Positions 52,311 through 61,904 of a stretch of DNA of 64,000 nucleotides are shown here, one piece after another (position 1 is the stretch's first letter; the number at the start of each line of letters is the position of its first letter). Under the pieces are notes generated by a model. It ran no database searches. It was given only the letters and a program-made list of their open reading frames with translations, and was not told where the DNA came from. A program made the position numbers and the translations under genes. Origin of the DNA: Thermodesulfobacteriota bacterium (GTDB lineage Bacteria; Desulfobacterota_D; UBA1144; Nemesobacterales; UBA2774); assembly GCA_965223335.1 (NCBI GenBank), contig OZ244991.1:160001-224000 (forward strand), given 5' to 3'.

Positions 52311-52898
52311 ATGCTCTTCTCGATAAAGAAAAATGTGTCCCTTACTTTGTTGGCCACACTGGTCATCACCACACTATCTCTATACATGCAGAGCATTTTT
52401 GGACTGGAATGGGACTTCGAGCTCAATCTCAAAGTGGTATTGATTGGGGCACTCGGTTTTATTCTTATCACATTTAGCGACTTTCTAATCCACATTACGC
52501 TGATTGGAATCTTGCGCTCGAGCTATCTAGATACATACACTAGGTTTATATACTACTTCAGGTCGCAGTCCGTATACACGGTCTTGGTAAGCGGTTTGGC
52601 TGCAGGCAGTGAAGAGCTTTTTTTCAGAGGGGTAGTACTAGAAGGACTGGTTCAGATCGCAGGGGCAAGTGAATTGTGGGCACTTGCGACCTCTGCATTA
52701 TTTTTCGGGGCCTTCCATCTCATCTTTAAGCGAGGTTTTGCGCTCTTTGGGCTATGGGCAGTGTGGGAGGGGGTACTGCTCGGCGGTTTATACCTTTATA
52801 GCGGCTCACTTCTTCTGTGTGTAGTGGTCCATTGTCTGCATGACATATTGGGCTACAGCTTCTATGCTTTTCAGCGCCACACTGGGTTCCTTTTATGA
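52311..52898 (+). CDS. CPBP/CAAX-protease (Abi) family intramembrane metalloprotease
   Basis: EELFFRG, FGAFH, HCLHD motifs in a multi-TM protein. Confidence 0.85.
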   Translation: MLFSIKKNVSLTLLATLVITTLSLYMQSIFGLEWDFELNLKVVLIGALGFILITFSDFLIHITLIGILRSSYLDTYTRFIYYFRSQSVYTVLVSGLAAGSEELFFRGVVLEGLVQIAGASELWALATSALFFGAFHLIFKRGFALFGLWAVWEGVLLGGLYLYSGSLLLCVVVHCLHDILGYSFYAFQRHTGFLL

Positions 52899-52951
52899 TG
52901 CTCAGTAGATGTTAAAATTACACGCTAAATTACCAAAAAAAGGAGACCGAT

Positions 52952-53938
52952 TTGGATTACAGCACCGAGCTTGAAACAGCGGTTGAGTCAGTCCTAAAAG
53001 CATGCGAGCTATGTATACAGGTGCAGTACGATCTTGTATCCGAACACACGCTTACCAAAAAAGACAAGTCCCCTGTCACAGTTGCAGACTTCGGCTCACA
53101 GGCTCTTATCTGCCGTGACCTAACACATGCGTTCCCCGACGACCCCATAGTAGCGGAAGAGGACCCTGCAGAGTTGCACACCCCAAGCCGGACTGCTATA
53201 AAAGAAAACATTATCAACTACGTAAACGAGATTGATGCTGGGGTTACTGAAGCCGAGATCCTAGACGCTATAGCCAGAGGTGGATATGAGGGCGGGAGCA
53301 GGGGACGGTTCTGGACACTAGACCCCATAGACGGCACCAAAGGGTTTCTGCGCGGGGAGCAGTACGCTATAGCACTAGCACTGGTGGAGGACGGCGAGGT
53401 GGTGCTGGGTGTATTGGGTTGCCCCAATCTACCCTTGAGCCTAAGCGAACCCGAGGGATTAAAAGGAGTTCTTCTCTATGCAGTTAAAGACAGGGGCAGT
53501 CACATACGACTATTGGAAGAGACTCATATAAGCCCTGTTAGAGTAACGGGTATAGACAGCACCCGTGATGCATCGTTTTGCGAATCTGTAGAGTCCTCTC
53601 ACTCCTCGCACGACGATGCGTCTAAGATTGCTGAGACGCTCGGTGTAACACGCCCTCCCATAAGGATAGATAGCCAATGCAAATATGCAGCGATTGCCCG
53701 GGGGGACGCTTCCATATACTTACGCTTACCCACAAGGAAAGACTACGAAGAAAAGATCTGGGACCACGCCGCAGGCAGCATTATTGTAGAGGAGGCCGGG
53801 GGTAAGGTTACCGATATCTACGGCAAGCCGCTCAAGTTTTCATTGGGCCGGACCCTAAAATCAAATAAGGGTGTGGTGGGCTCAAACGGGCTGCTGCATG
53901 ACGACATAATAAATGCAGTCAATTCCGTAGTTGCATGA
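52952..53938 (+). CDS. 3'(2'),5'-bisphosphate nucleotidase, HAL2/SAL1-type
   Basis: KKDKSPVTVADF, DPIDGTKGFLRG.QYA, LGCPNL, DSQCKY, EKIWDHAAG; TTG start after AGGAG. Confidence 0.9.
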   Translation: MDYSTELETAVESVLKACELCIQVQYDLVSEHTLTKKDKSPVTVADFGSQALICRDLTHAFPDDPIVAEEDPAELHTPSRTAIKENIINYVNEIDAGVTEAEILDAIARGGYEGGSRGRFWTLDPIDGTKGFLRGEQYAIALALVEDGEVVLGVLGCPNLPLSLSEPEGLKGVLLYAVKDRGSHIRLLEETHISPVRVTGIDSTRDASFCESVESSHSSHDDASKIAETLGVTRPPIRIDSQCKYAAIARGDASIYLRLPTRKDYEEKIWDHAAGSIIVEEAGGKVTDIYGKPLKFSLGRTLKSNKGVVGSNGLLHDDIINAVNSVVA

Positions 53939-53948
53939 TTCTAGAATT

Positions 53949-55046
53949 TTAATCGGCTGGAACCAGCTTTGAGCTTGATTTTTCAAAATCTGCCAAGCGT
54001 TTAAGCGCCTTTATTTTATCCGACCTATCCACTTTGGATTTATTTAGTGAGTTGTGCAGTATTTCGATAGTGTTTTCGTATGTGATCCTGTCCACAGGGA
54101 AAGGTGTACCGTCTTTACCCCCGTGGGCAAATGAAAACCTAGCTGGGTCCACGACACTGGCCTTGGTGCCATATATCAGTTCAGAGACCAGTGTAAGCGC
54201 TCGCAATGTCTTTGCCCCTACCCCTCTTATCCCTAAAAGCTCCTCGAAATTTTGCGGTGCCTGCTCATAGGTCTCGAGCATGACCTTGTGCAGGTACTTG
54301 GGATTTATGTCCATCTTGTTAATCCAGTGTCGCTGTGGCATCTCTAGAGTCGGCAGCCGTTCCAGATCCCTTAACACGCCGCGGTCCGCCTCACGCGCAA
54401 TCTCGGCAACCGCACTTCGTGTGGGCTCGCTCTCACCCGCTACCAGGTCAAGGACCGCACCCCGTCGGTCAGAGCAAATTGCGTTATGGGGTTCATTTAC
54501 GAAACAGTCGAGCCCGCTGCTTAACCAATGATACCTCCTTGCGGCACGGCTGGGCTCGTTAAAACCCTGCTGCACCACACACCACTTGCCCTCGGCCGTA
54601 AAAAAGAAACTGTGGTGGTAGATCTGGTATCCGTCCTGCACTGCCGAGCTATCGACCTTTGCGGAAAGCCTGCTTGCATAGATCAGGTCCGCAGGATCAT
54701 AGGAGAGCTTCTCGCACACCTGTGTGATTTCCTGCGGGGTTTTCCTCGACACTGCCCCCTTGCCCCCGGCGGCATAGAATCCCAGTTCATGCTCAAGCCC
54801 TCTAAGGCCCTGTTTCACCGCACCGCAAGTCGTAGTAGTTACCCCGCTTGAGTGCCAGTCAAAACCCAGCACACAGCCAAACGCCTGGAACCAAAAGGGG
54901 TCAGACAGCCTGTTAAGCAGCTCGTCGGGTCCGTACTCGGAAACTATGTGGATAACTACCTCACGGGCGAGCCTCACCATCCGGCTAAAGAGCCACTTAG
55001 GTGCTTTACCTCCGTGAAGAGGGAGTGATGCGTATCCAGTACGCAT
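53949..55046 (-). CDS. DUF763 domain protein
   Basis: LPLHGGKAP.WL, DPFWFQAFG..GFDWHSSG.TT, HGGKDG.PFPV. Confidence 0.88.
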   Translation of the reverse strand: MRTGYASLPLHGGKAPKWLFSRMVRLAREVVIHIVSEYGPDELLNRLSDPFWFQAFGCVLGFDWHSSGVTTTTCGAVKQGLRGLEHELGFYAAGGKGAVSRKTPQEITQVCEKLSYDPADLIYASRLSAKVDSSAVQDGYQIYHHSFFFTAEGKWCVVQQGFNEPSRAARRYHWLSSGLDCFVNEPHNAICSDRRGAVLDLVAGESEPTRSAVAEIAREADRGVLRDLERLPTLEMPQRHWINKMDINPKYLHKVMLETYEQAPQNFEELLGIRGVGAKTLRALTLVSELIYGTKASVVDPARFSFAHGGKDGTPFPVDRITYENTIEILHNSLNKSKVDRSDKIKALKRLADFEKSSSKLVPAD

Positions 55047-55052
55047 AAAATG

Positions 55053-55081
55053 ATAATAGCCAGCGCAGGTTTGGGAGTCAA
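55053..55081 (-). promoter_or_regulatory. sigma70 promoter giving a probably leaderless DUF763 mRNA
   Basis: TTGACT-N17-TATTAT-N6-ATG; no SD. Confidence 0.7.
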
Positions 55082-55169
55082 TGAGGATATTTTCGTATCA
55101 TAATCCGATAAAAATACTATATGTAGTACCCACTACCTAAATTTGTACCAAATCCGGTATACTAGCCCC

Positions 55170-55943
55170 ATGGATACAAAACGACAAATAATAGACCTGA
55201 GCTTAACGATAGAGAAAGCCCCAGGGCCCGAGCACCAGCGCCTTGAGATTACCTATGAAAAACACGCCGATACCGCAAAGTATATGATGAAGCGGTTTGA
55301 GTGCGAGCGGTCCGACCTGCCCAAGGGACTCGGGTGGGCAAACGAATACGTAACACTCGGAACCCATGTGGGCACACATATGGATGCTCCCTGGCATTAC
55401 CACCCCAAATCCGAAAACAAGAAGGCCAAAACAATTGATGAACTGCCAACCGAATGGTTCTATGGTGACGGTGTGGTGCTTGACATGTCTCACAAAAGAT
55501 CAGGCGAGTTAATAGAGATCGGGGACTTGGAAAGAGCGCTGAGACATATTGATTACGAGCTTAAACCCTTTGACATAGTGCTCGTCATGACAAAAGCAGA
55601 TAGACTCTGGGGCACTGAAGAGTACTGGTCCACGTTCCCCGGGCTCGGACGAGAGTCCACACTCTGGCTCTGTGACAAGGGAATAAAGGTTATGGGTACA
55701 GACAGTGCGGGCTGGGACCGTCCATTCTGGGCCATGGTAGAGGAATTCAAGCGCACAGGCAGTAGCTCTGTGATATGGGGTGCGCACTTCGCGGGGATTG
55801 AAAAAGAGTACTGTCAGATCGAAAAACTAACCAATCTGGAATTACTACCGTCCCACGGTTTTAAGGTAGTGTGTCCTCCGATAAAAATCCTGGGAGCAAG
55901 TGCCGGGTGGGTACGGCCGATCGCCATTATAGAAAACGGCTGA
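55170..55943 (+). CDS. Cyclase family metal-dependent hydrolase (kynurenine formamidase-like)
   Basis: HVGTHMDAPWH (HxGTHxDxPxH), G.D..GWD, IEKLTNL; start ATG 55170 preferred. Confidence 0.88.
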   Translation: MDTKRQIIDLSLTIEKAPGPEHQRLEITYEKHADTAKYMMKRFECERSDLPKGLGWANEYVTLGTHVGTHMDAPWHYHPKSENKKAKTIDELPTEWFYGDGVVLDMSHKRSGELIEIGDLERALRHIDYELKPFDIVLVMTKADRLWGTEEYWSTFPGLGRESTLWLCDKGIKVMGTDSAGWDRPFWAMVEEFKRTGSSSVIWGAHFAGIEKEYCQIEKLTNLELLPSHGFKVVCPPIKILGASAGWVRPIAIIENG

Positions 55944-55953
55944 GCCGTCATGA

Positions 55954-56601
55954 TTATTTTGGTGTAGCAAACACTACGGTCCAAAAAGTCTTGTACCTCG
56001 TATCCTTATTGTGGAAGCAAGAACCGCCAATCTCAACAAACTCGGCCTTCATTATTACCTCGCAGTGATGCGGGCTCCTAAGCCAGGCCCCGACAACCTC
56101 CTCCGAACTCTCACGCCCTGCAGATATATTCTCGCCCACATTGCTCCACACATAGCCCTTTCTCTCAACCCTTTCACTGACCGAGGAGCCGTCTGTACCG
56201 CTGTGGCTCACCCTGTCTTTCGTAGCCATGTCCACAGAATGCTCAAATGCCACTCTGGCCAATGTAGGGTTCCAGGCTATAGTGCCCACGGGGGGATAAA
56301 TTTTTGTACCGCATATCCTGCTCGATGACCTCGCCTGGTTAATGAGTCGAACCATCTTAGCCTTCACCACATCGAACTGCTCGCACACATATAGGTGACT
56401 GTTAACCACAGACGGGTCGAAAGAACCTGTCGAGCTGCATCCGATAGCTGCTAATAAAATGAATGGGCTTAAGTAGTTTCTGATAATACAATATATTCTA
56501 CTTATTCTCGGCCTACATACTATTCGGTCTATAACAAATTCTCTATTTTTTTGCGGTATTACCCCAGACCCTCTCAATAAACTGGTCGCGCCCGGAACCA
56601 T
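55954..56601 (-). CDS. CAP/SCP domain protein, probably a lipoprotein; start uncertain
   Basis: INQAR, HSVDM, SHSG, GENI, WLRSPHHC; lipobox-like LLAAIGC. Confidence 0.8.
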   Translation of the reverse strand: MVPGATSLLRGSGVIPQKNREFVIDRIVCRPRISRIYCIIRNYLSPFILLAAIGCSSTGSFDPSVVNSHLYVCEQFDVVKAKMVRLINQARSSSRICGTKIYPPVGTIAWNPTLARVAFEHSVDMATKDRVSHSGTDGSSVSERVERKGYVWSNVGENISAGRESSEEVVGAWLRSPHHCEVIMKAEFVEIGGSCFHNKDTRYKTFWTVVFATPK

Positions 56602-57193
56602 ATCTGTAAGATTTGTACCTTAATGGGCTCTTCTTATAAAAATCCTGATGATACTCCTCTGCCGGATAAAACTCCGTAGCCTCTGTGATCTCGGTGGCAA
56701 TGGGTTTGTTGAACCTGCCCGATTTTCCTAATTTGTCCCTCGACCCAAGCGCCAAAGTCTTTTGCTCCCGGTTGTGATAAAAAATCCCCGGTCGATACTG
56801 CTTGCCCCTGTCTACAAACTGACCATCGGGGTCAGTGGGATCGATATTCATCCAAAACACCTCGAGCAACTGGGCGTATGTAACTATAGCAGGATCATAC
56901 ACGACCTGCACGGCCTCGGTGTGTCCTGTTTTACCGTAAGAGACCTGCTTGTAGGTAGGGTTGACCTCACTGCCGCCAGTGTAGCCCGAGGTCGTAGATA
57001 TCACACCAGGAATTTCATCAAACGGGGGTTCCATGCACCAAAAACAGCCCCCGGCAAAAGTAGCCTTTTCATATTTCGTGTCATGAATCGTTGTGTCATT
57101 ACTCGGGGTCTCATTCGCGTCCTTGGCATTACAACCCGCACTGCCCAGTCCAAGTAGAAGAACCGATAAGCTAAGTACCAACAAGTTTCTCAT
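56543..57193 (-). CDS. msrA: Peptide-methionine (S)-S-oxide reductase, exported (lipoprotein signal)
   Basis: GGCFWC, SGYTGG, GHTEAV, AEEYHQ; N-terminal signal ending SAGC. Confidence 0.95.
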   Translation of the reverse strand: MRNLLVLSLSVLLLGLGSAGCNAKDANETPSNDTTIHDTKYEKATFAGGCFWCMEPPFDEIPGVISTTSGYTGGSEVNPTYKQVSYGKTGHTEAVQVVYDPAIVTYAQLLEVFWMNIDPTDPDGQFVDRGKQYRPGIFYHNREQKTLALGSRDKLGKSGRFNKPIATEITEATEFYPAEEYHQDFYKKSPLRYKSYRYGSGRDQFIERVWGNTAKK

Positions 57194-57309
57194 CTAAACC
57201 TCCTGAAAATACCAAGTTAACACATATATACGCCTAGATTAACCATAGGGATTCATAGGTTAAACTGTATAGAACTCTTTAGCTGCGAATAGATGCATAA
57301 GCAATTATT

Positions 57310-58992
57310 TTAAGTATCGCTCAAAGACCTTTCGGTAGAGCTCTTGCGCTGGGCTCTATAGATCGATATAGCCTCTAGCATCAGCCATACCGCGAGTGCT
57401 AGAGTGACAGCCGATAGCACCAGCAACAGGGGGTTGTTTACAAACGCCTTGAAATTAAGCAGCATGGAAAACATGGTCATCCCAACCAGGAATATCATGG
57501 GCACAAGCGTATAAATAACCGGGCGGTTTGTCTTCCATAGATATATCGTGGCTATAAGCAGCGTGAGTCCGCCCACAAGCTGGTTTGTGGCACCAAAAAG
57601 CGGCCACAGCAAAAACCCGCCCGAGCCAAGCCCCCTGCCCGGGGCCTCTGCCAGCACTGCGAGTAAGAGTGCGGGAACCACGGCAAGAGTAGTAGCAATA
57701 TACCGGTTCTTAAGGGGTTTTATATCATACGCGGAGCCTAGCTCGCCTAGTATCAGGCGTTGTATACGAGTAGCTGTATCGAGTGATGTGGCGGCAAAGC
57801 TTATCACCATCACGCTAATCAAGGTGTTCGAGAGCAACTCCGGGATATGAAGTGCCTGCAAAAAACTCGATGCACCGATCACAAAATTAGCGATCCCCCC
57901 GCTTGTAGCCGACTGCCAACTGTCGTAATGCACCAGCCACTCCGAGTGGCTTATACCCGCAGCCACAGCCAACGTAGCAATCATGGCGAGTGTGCCTTCA
58001 CCCAGCATGCCCCCGTAGCCGATGAACCTGGCATCCTTCATGTTGTTTAGCTGCTTGGAGGTGGTGCCGCTCGACACAAGCCCGTGAAAGCCGCTTATCG
58101 CCCCACACGCAATCGTTATGAAAATAAAGGGAAAAAGCGGCAGTGCAGTGTCGGCACTGGCATTAAACGCAGGGGCCTGCATCTGGGGATGGGCAACTAA
58201 AAGCCCTATAAAAATTATTGCCAACCCTACCATCAATTGATGACTGTTTATGTAGTCCCTGGGCTGAAGCAGTGTCCACACCGGGAGGACCGATGCCACA
58301 AACGCATAGGCCAGCAAGAAGAAGATCCAGGTAACAATTTCACTGCCCCAAATTTGAGGCACATGTAAAGGCACATGAGTCCCCGCCCACATCATAACAT
58401 AGAGTAAGACCAATGCGATTATCGAGGGTATTAATATCGGAATCCCCTTTTTGTAAAATAAAAATCCGATGATAACAGCCACTATGATTTGAAAATTAAC
58501 GGGCAGTACACTGGTCGGGAATTTTACAAACAACGACGCGATAGCATAAGCAAACACGGCTATCACAAAAAATATGAGAAAATACACAATTAGTAAAAAG
58601 AGTATTCTTGCTCGGGGGCTAACTAGTGTGCCAGCCAGGTCACCTACCGAACGCCCCTTCTCGCGTGCAGAGACCACAAGTGCGCTAAAATCGTGCACTG
58701 CACCCATAAAAATCGTGCCGATCACCACCCAGATAATTGCCGGGAGCCAGCCCCAAAACACTGCGATTGCCGGGCCGATTATAGGTGCTGCCCCCGCGAT
58801 GGATGAAAAATGGTGGCCGAACAGTACGTGCTTGTTGGTAGGCAGGTAATCAACCCCGTCCCTAAGCTCGTGAGCAGGAGTAATCTCGTTTTCGTCTAGC
58901 TGAAAAATGTTCTTGGAAAGAAATCTGGAATAAAACCTATATCCCAAAAAGTACAAGACAACTATTACCACCGCCAGCAGCGCTGCATTCAC
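57310..58992 (-). CDS. cstA: Carbon starvation protein A family transporter
   Basis: TPAH..DGVDY.P, GHHFSSIAGAAPI.GP, LLQPRDYIN, ACGAISGFH, LWPLFGATNQL. Confidence 0.95.
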   Translation of the reverse strand: MNAALLAVVIVVLYFLGYRFYSRFLSKNIFQLDENEITPAHELRDGVDYLPTNKHVLFGHHFSSIAGAAPIIGPAIAVFWGWLPAIIWVVIGTIFMGAVHDFSALVVSAREKGRSVGDLAGTLVSPRARILFLLIVYFLIFFVIAVFAYAIASLFVKFPTSVLPVNFQIIVAVIIGFLFYKKGIPILIPSIIALVLLYVMMWAGTHVPLHVPQIWGSEIVTWIFFLLAYAFVASVLPVWTLLQPRDYINSHQLMVGLAIIFIGLLVAHPQMQAPAFNASADTALPLFPFIFITIACGAISGFHGLVSSGTTSKQLNNMKDARFIGYGGMLGEGTLAMIATLAVAAGISHSEWLVHYDSWQSATSGGIANFVIGASSFLQALHIPELLSNTLISVMVISFAATSLDTATRIQRLILGELGSAYDIKPLKNRYIATTLAVVPALLLAVLAEAPGRGLGSGGFLLWPLFGATNQLVGGLTLLIATIYLWKTNRPVIYTLVPMIFLVGMTMFSMLLNFKAFVNNPLLLVLSAVTLALAVWLMLEAISIYRAQRKSSTERSLSDT

Positions 58993-59013
58993 AAAGAGCC
59001 TCCAAGGATAGTT

Positions 59014-60390
59014 CTAGGCCAGTAGTCCCCATTTTTTCATTCTGTATCTGAGCACCTCGCGGGTCACTCCCAACATCTCGGCAGTTCGGGTCTGGTTCCA
59101 ATCGTTTAAATCGAGCGCTTTACTAATAACCTTTTTTTCTATCTTATACAACGAAACGTCCTCGAGCGGTACATCTATTACCATCTTATCAGTCGAATCC
59201 CCCACCGTCATCCCTTCTGAGTCCTCTTCAAGTTGTATATATCTCGGGTTAAGCACGTTGCTGTCGCTAAGCAGTATAGCCCTCTCTACAGTGCTCCTAA
59301 GCTCTCTTACATTACCGGGCCAATTATAGTTCATAAATATAGCTCTTACCTCTTGGGGAATCTCGGTGATGTTCTTGTTTAGATCATAACTAAAATACTG
59401 AACAAAATAGTCCGTTATAAGTGGAATGTCTTTTTTCCTGCCCCTAAGCGCCGGCATCTCGAAACTGATTACATTTAGTCGGTGGTAGAGGTCTTCCCTG
59501 AATAGCCCCTGCTTGACCAAAGATTTCAAGTCTTGGTTCGTCGCGGCAATAACGGATATATCCACAACTATATCTCTATTCCCGCCCAACCTCCTGAAAC
59601 TCCGTTCCTCGACCGCTTTAACCAGCTTTGCCTGTAGCGATAGGCTCATATCCCCTATCTCATCCAGAAACACCGTACCGCCGTCGGCCTGCTCCAATAT
59701 ACCCTTTTTCATCTTCTTAGCGTCTGTAAACGCCCCGACTTCGTGTCCAAAGAGTTCACTCTCCAACAGTGTTTCAGGTATGGCTGCACAGTTAAGTTCG
59801 ATAAAGGGCTTTTGAGCCCGTACACCGTTAAAATGCAGAATCTTTGCAGCCAACCCCTTACCTGTACCGCTCTCTCCCGAGATCAATATTGTTCTGGGAT
59901 CAGTTTCTGTGAGTTTCTTAAACAGATCGATTATCTCTTTTATTGATTCGCTCTCCCCGATAAGGGTATCGAACCCGTACTTCTCCTGCTCTCTCATCGC
60001 TGCGGCGCTTATGCTGTTTTTTAACTGATTTGTACGCAGAGCGTTACGCACCATGACCTTGAGTTTGTCCAGGGGGAAGGGTTTCTCGATAAAATCATAG
60101 GCACCGAGCCTTATAGCGTTTACCGCAACCTCTACACTCCCATGCGCCGTCATCATAATTACAGACGGGGGGTTTTCCCACGAAGCAATTGTTTTTAGCA
60201 GATCCAAACCGTTTGAGTCCGGGAGCTTAAGGTCCAAGAGCACCAGGTCCGGGTTCTCCCTCTGCGCAATCTCGAGCCCTTCGGTCCCTTCAGAAGAGGT
60301 AATCACTGTATAGTCCTCTTGTGTAAGGGCCTTATGGAGTTGTTTGCTCAACAACCTCTCGTCCTCAATTATAAGTATTAGAGAACTCAC
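59014..60390 (-). CDS. sigma54-dependent response regulator (NtrC family)
   Basis: REC, GESGTGK, ESELFGH..GAFTDA, FLDEIG, WPGNVREL, Fis HTH; GTG 60390 has a GAGGTG SD. Confidence 0.95.
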   Translation of the reverse strand: MSSLILIIEDERLLSKQLHKALTQEDYTVITSSEGTEGLEIAQRENPDLVLLDLKLPDSNGLDLLKTIASWENPPSVIMMTAHGSVEVAVNAIRLGAYDFIEKPFPLDKLKVMVRNALRTNQLKNSISAAAMREQEKYGFDTLIGESESIKEIIDLFKKLTETDPRTILISGESGTGKGLAAKILHFNGVRAQKPFIELNCAAIPETLLESELFGHEVGAFTDAKKMKKGILEQADGGTVFLDEIGDMSLSLQAKLVKAVEERSFRRLGGNRDIVVDISVIAATNQDLKSLVKQGLFREDLYHRLNVISFEMPALRGRKKDIPLITDYFVQYFSYDLNKNITEIPQEVRAIFMNYNWPGNVRELRSTVERAILLSDSNVLNPRYIQLEEDSEGMTVGDSTDKMVIDVPLEDVSLYKIEKKVISKALDLNDWNQTRTAEMLGVTREVLRYRMKKWGLLA

Positions 60391-60434
60391 TTGCCACACC
60401 TCATGTTATTGTTTGTATCCAAAGCGATCCTCAC

Positions 60435-61700
60435 TTACGAGATTGTTAAGTCCCTAGGTATCTCGATAACAAATCTAGCACCCTCACCTTTTTTACTCGT
60501 AACCTCTATGCTGCCCTGATGCGCCTCGATAATGCTGTTCGAGATGGCCAGACCAAGCCCCGTACCATACTGTTTAGTCGAATAGAACGGCTCTAGGATC
60601 TTATCGATATCTACTCCATCTATACCCTGGCCCGAGTCAGCGACCTCAATCTGCACCGACCCGTTTTGACAACTCGTCGTTACCTTTATCTCGCCGAAAC
60701 TGTCTGTGGCCTCTATACCGTTTATAAGCAGGTTCAAAATTACCTGTTCTATCTGCTCGTGATCCACATTAAACTGCATTCGGCACGAGAGCTGTTTTTC
60801 TATCCTAACACCCTTGTCCTTTGCCTTGCTCTGCACCAGGTTAATGGCCCTCTCAACGATCTCATCCGGTGCACACTCTATGATCTCGAGCTTTCTCGGG
60901 TGTCCGAGTTGGAAAAGGCCTTTTACAATGCGTTCCAACCTGCTTATTTCCAGCAGTACCTCATCTATGGTATTTAGGTGTTCTCGGTTTGCCAATTCAT
61001 CTTTCATCAGCTCTAGTGCTATGGCAATGCCCGACAGCGGGTTCCTAACCTCGTGCGCAATACCCGATGCAAGCTCACCTATAGTGGCCAATTTTTCGGA
61101 TTTGATAAGCTCTTCCTGCTTCTCTTTTATCTCTTTGGTCGCCTCTTCGATTTTGGCCTCAAGCACCTCGTTAAACTGCCTGGTGGCATCGAGCAACATC
61201 ATGTTTTCTTCGTTCTTTTTCTCCAACTCCTTTGTGTTGATATCTATGTTTTGGAGCATGTGGTTAAATGCTTTTATCAGTGTCTCTATCTCGCCGCTGC
61301 CCTTAACCTCCGCTACCCTGTACGAATAGTCACCTCCCGACACAGACTCAGCAGCGTCATAGAGGTCCAGTATCGGTTTGGTAATTACACGGGGGATAAA
61401 CAATGTGAGGATTCCCCCAAATAGCACCGCTATTCCACCAACCATAAAAATAGTGAGATATGAAAATTTGACCTGCTCATCCGAGATTTTTACAGCTTCC
61501 AAGAGCATCTCATTTGCAAAATAGCCCTCGTTATCAGAGTCCTTGGCCGAGAGCAGTTTGGATATCGTTTTATAGCGACCCTTAATGTTAGATGTTTCTT
61601 TCTCGAGTTTATAGATACTGTGAATAGAAAACCCACTTATAAGTAGAAGCAGAAGAAACATCAACGCATAGCCAAATGTGATTTGTTTCCCTAACTTCAC
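60435..61700 (-). CDS. Membrane sensor histidine kinase (2 TM, HAMP, HisKA, HATPase)
   Basis: Short periplasmic loop, HAMP, AHEVRNPL, NLLING, DSGQG, GTGLGL. Confidence 0.93.
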   Translation of the reverse strand: MKLGKQITFGYALMFLLLLLISGFSIHSIYKLEKETSNIKGRYKTISKLLSAKDSDNEGYFANEMLLEAVKISDEQVKFSYLTIFMVGGIAVLFGGILTLFIPRVITKPILDLYDAAESVSGGDYSYRVAEVKGSGEIETLIKAFNHMLQNIDINTKELEKKNEENMMLLDATRQFNEVLEAKIEEATKEIKEKQEELIKSEKLATIGELASGIAHEVRNPLSGIAIALELMKDELANREHLNTIDEVLLEISRLERIVKGLFQLGHPRKLEIIECAPDEIVERAINLVQSKAKDKGVRIEKQLSCRMQFNVDHEQIEQVILNLLINGIEATDSFGEIKVTTSCQNGSVQIEVADSGQGIDGVDIDKILEPFYSTKQYGTGLGLAISNSIIEAHQGSIEVTSKKGEGARFVIEIPRDLTIS

Positions 61701-61904
61701 CTTTTAAACCCCTCCGATACGGCTCTCTTATTAAGAATACTACCTATTTTTCGTGCCAATACATAAAGGATTTTTTACAAAACTCAATTTTATCGCTCAG
61801 TTGCAGCCGCAGTAACTCCTCTGATTACACACATTTTTTCGTCCGTTCTGGAATGACGGCTATCTTAGGGTAATTTATAAAATATATATTTTAAGAGCAA
61901 AAGG

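Noticed and set aside
59014..60390. GAFTDA instead of GAFTGA suggesting a sigma54-independent regulator
   Set aside because: GAFTDA is a common variant and the critical F-T residues are intact
61741..61759. Possible sigma54 promoter for the sensor kinase (TTGGCACG on the minus strand)
   Set aside because: The -24 element is perfect, but there is no GC at the -12 position (reads TAGG), so it is not supported
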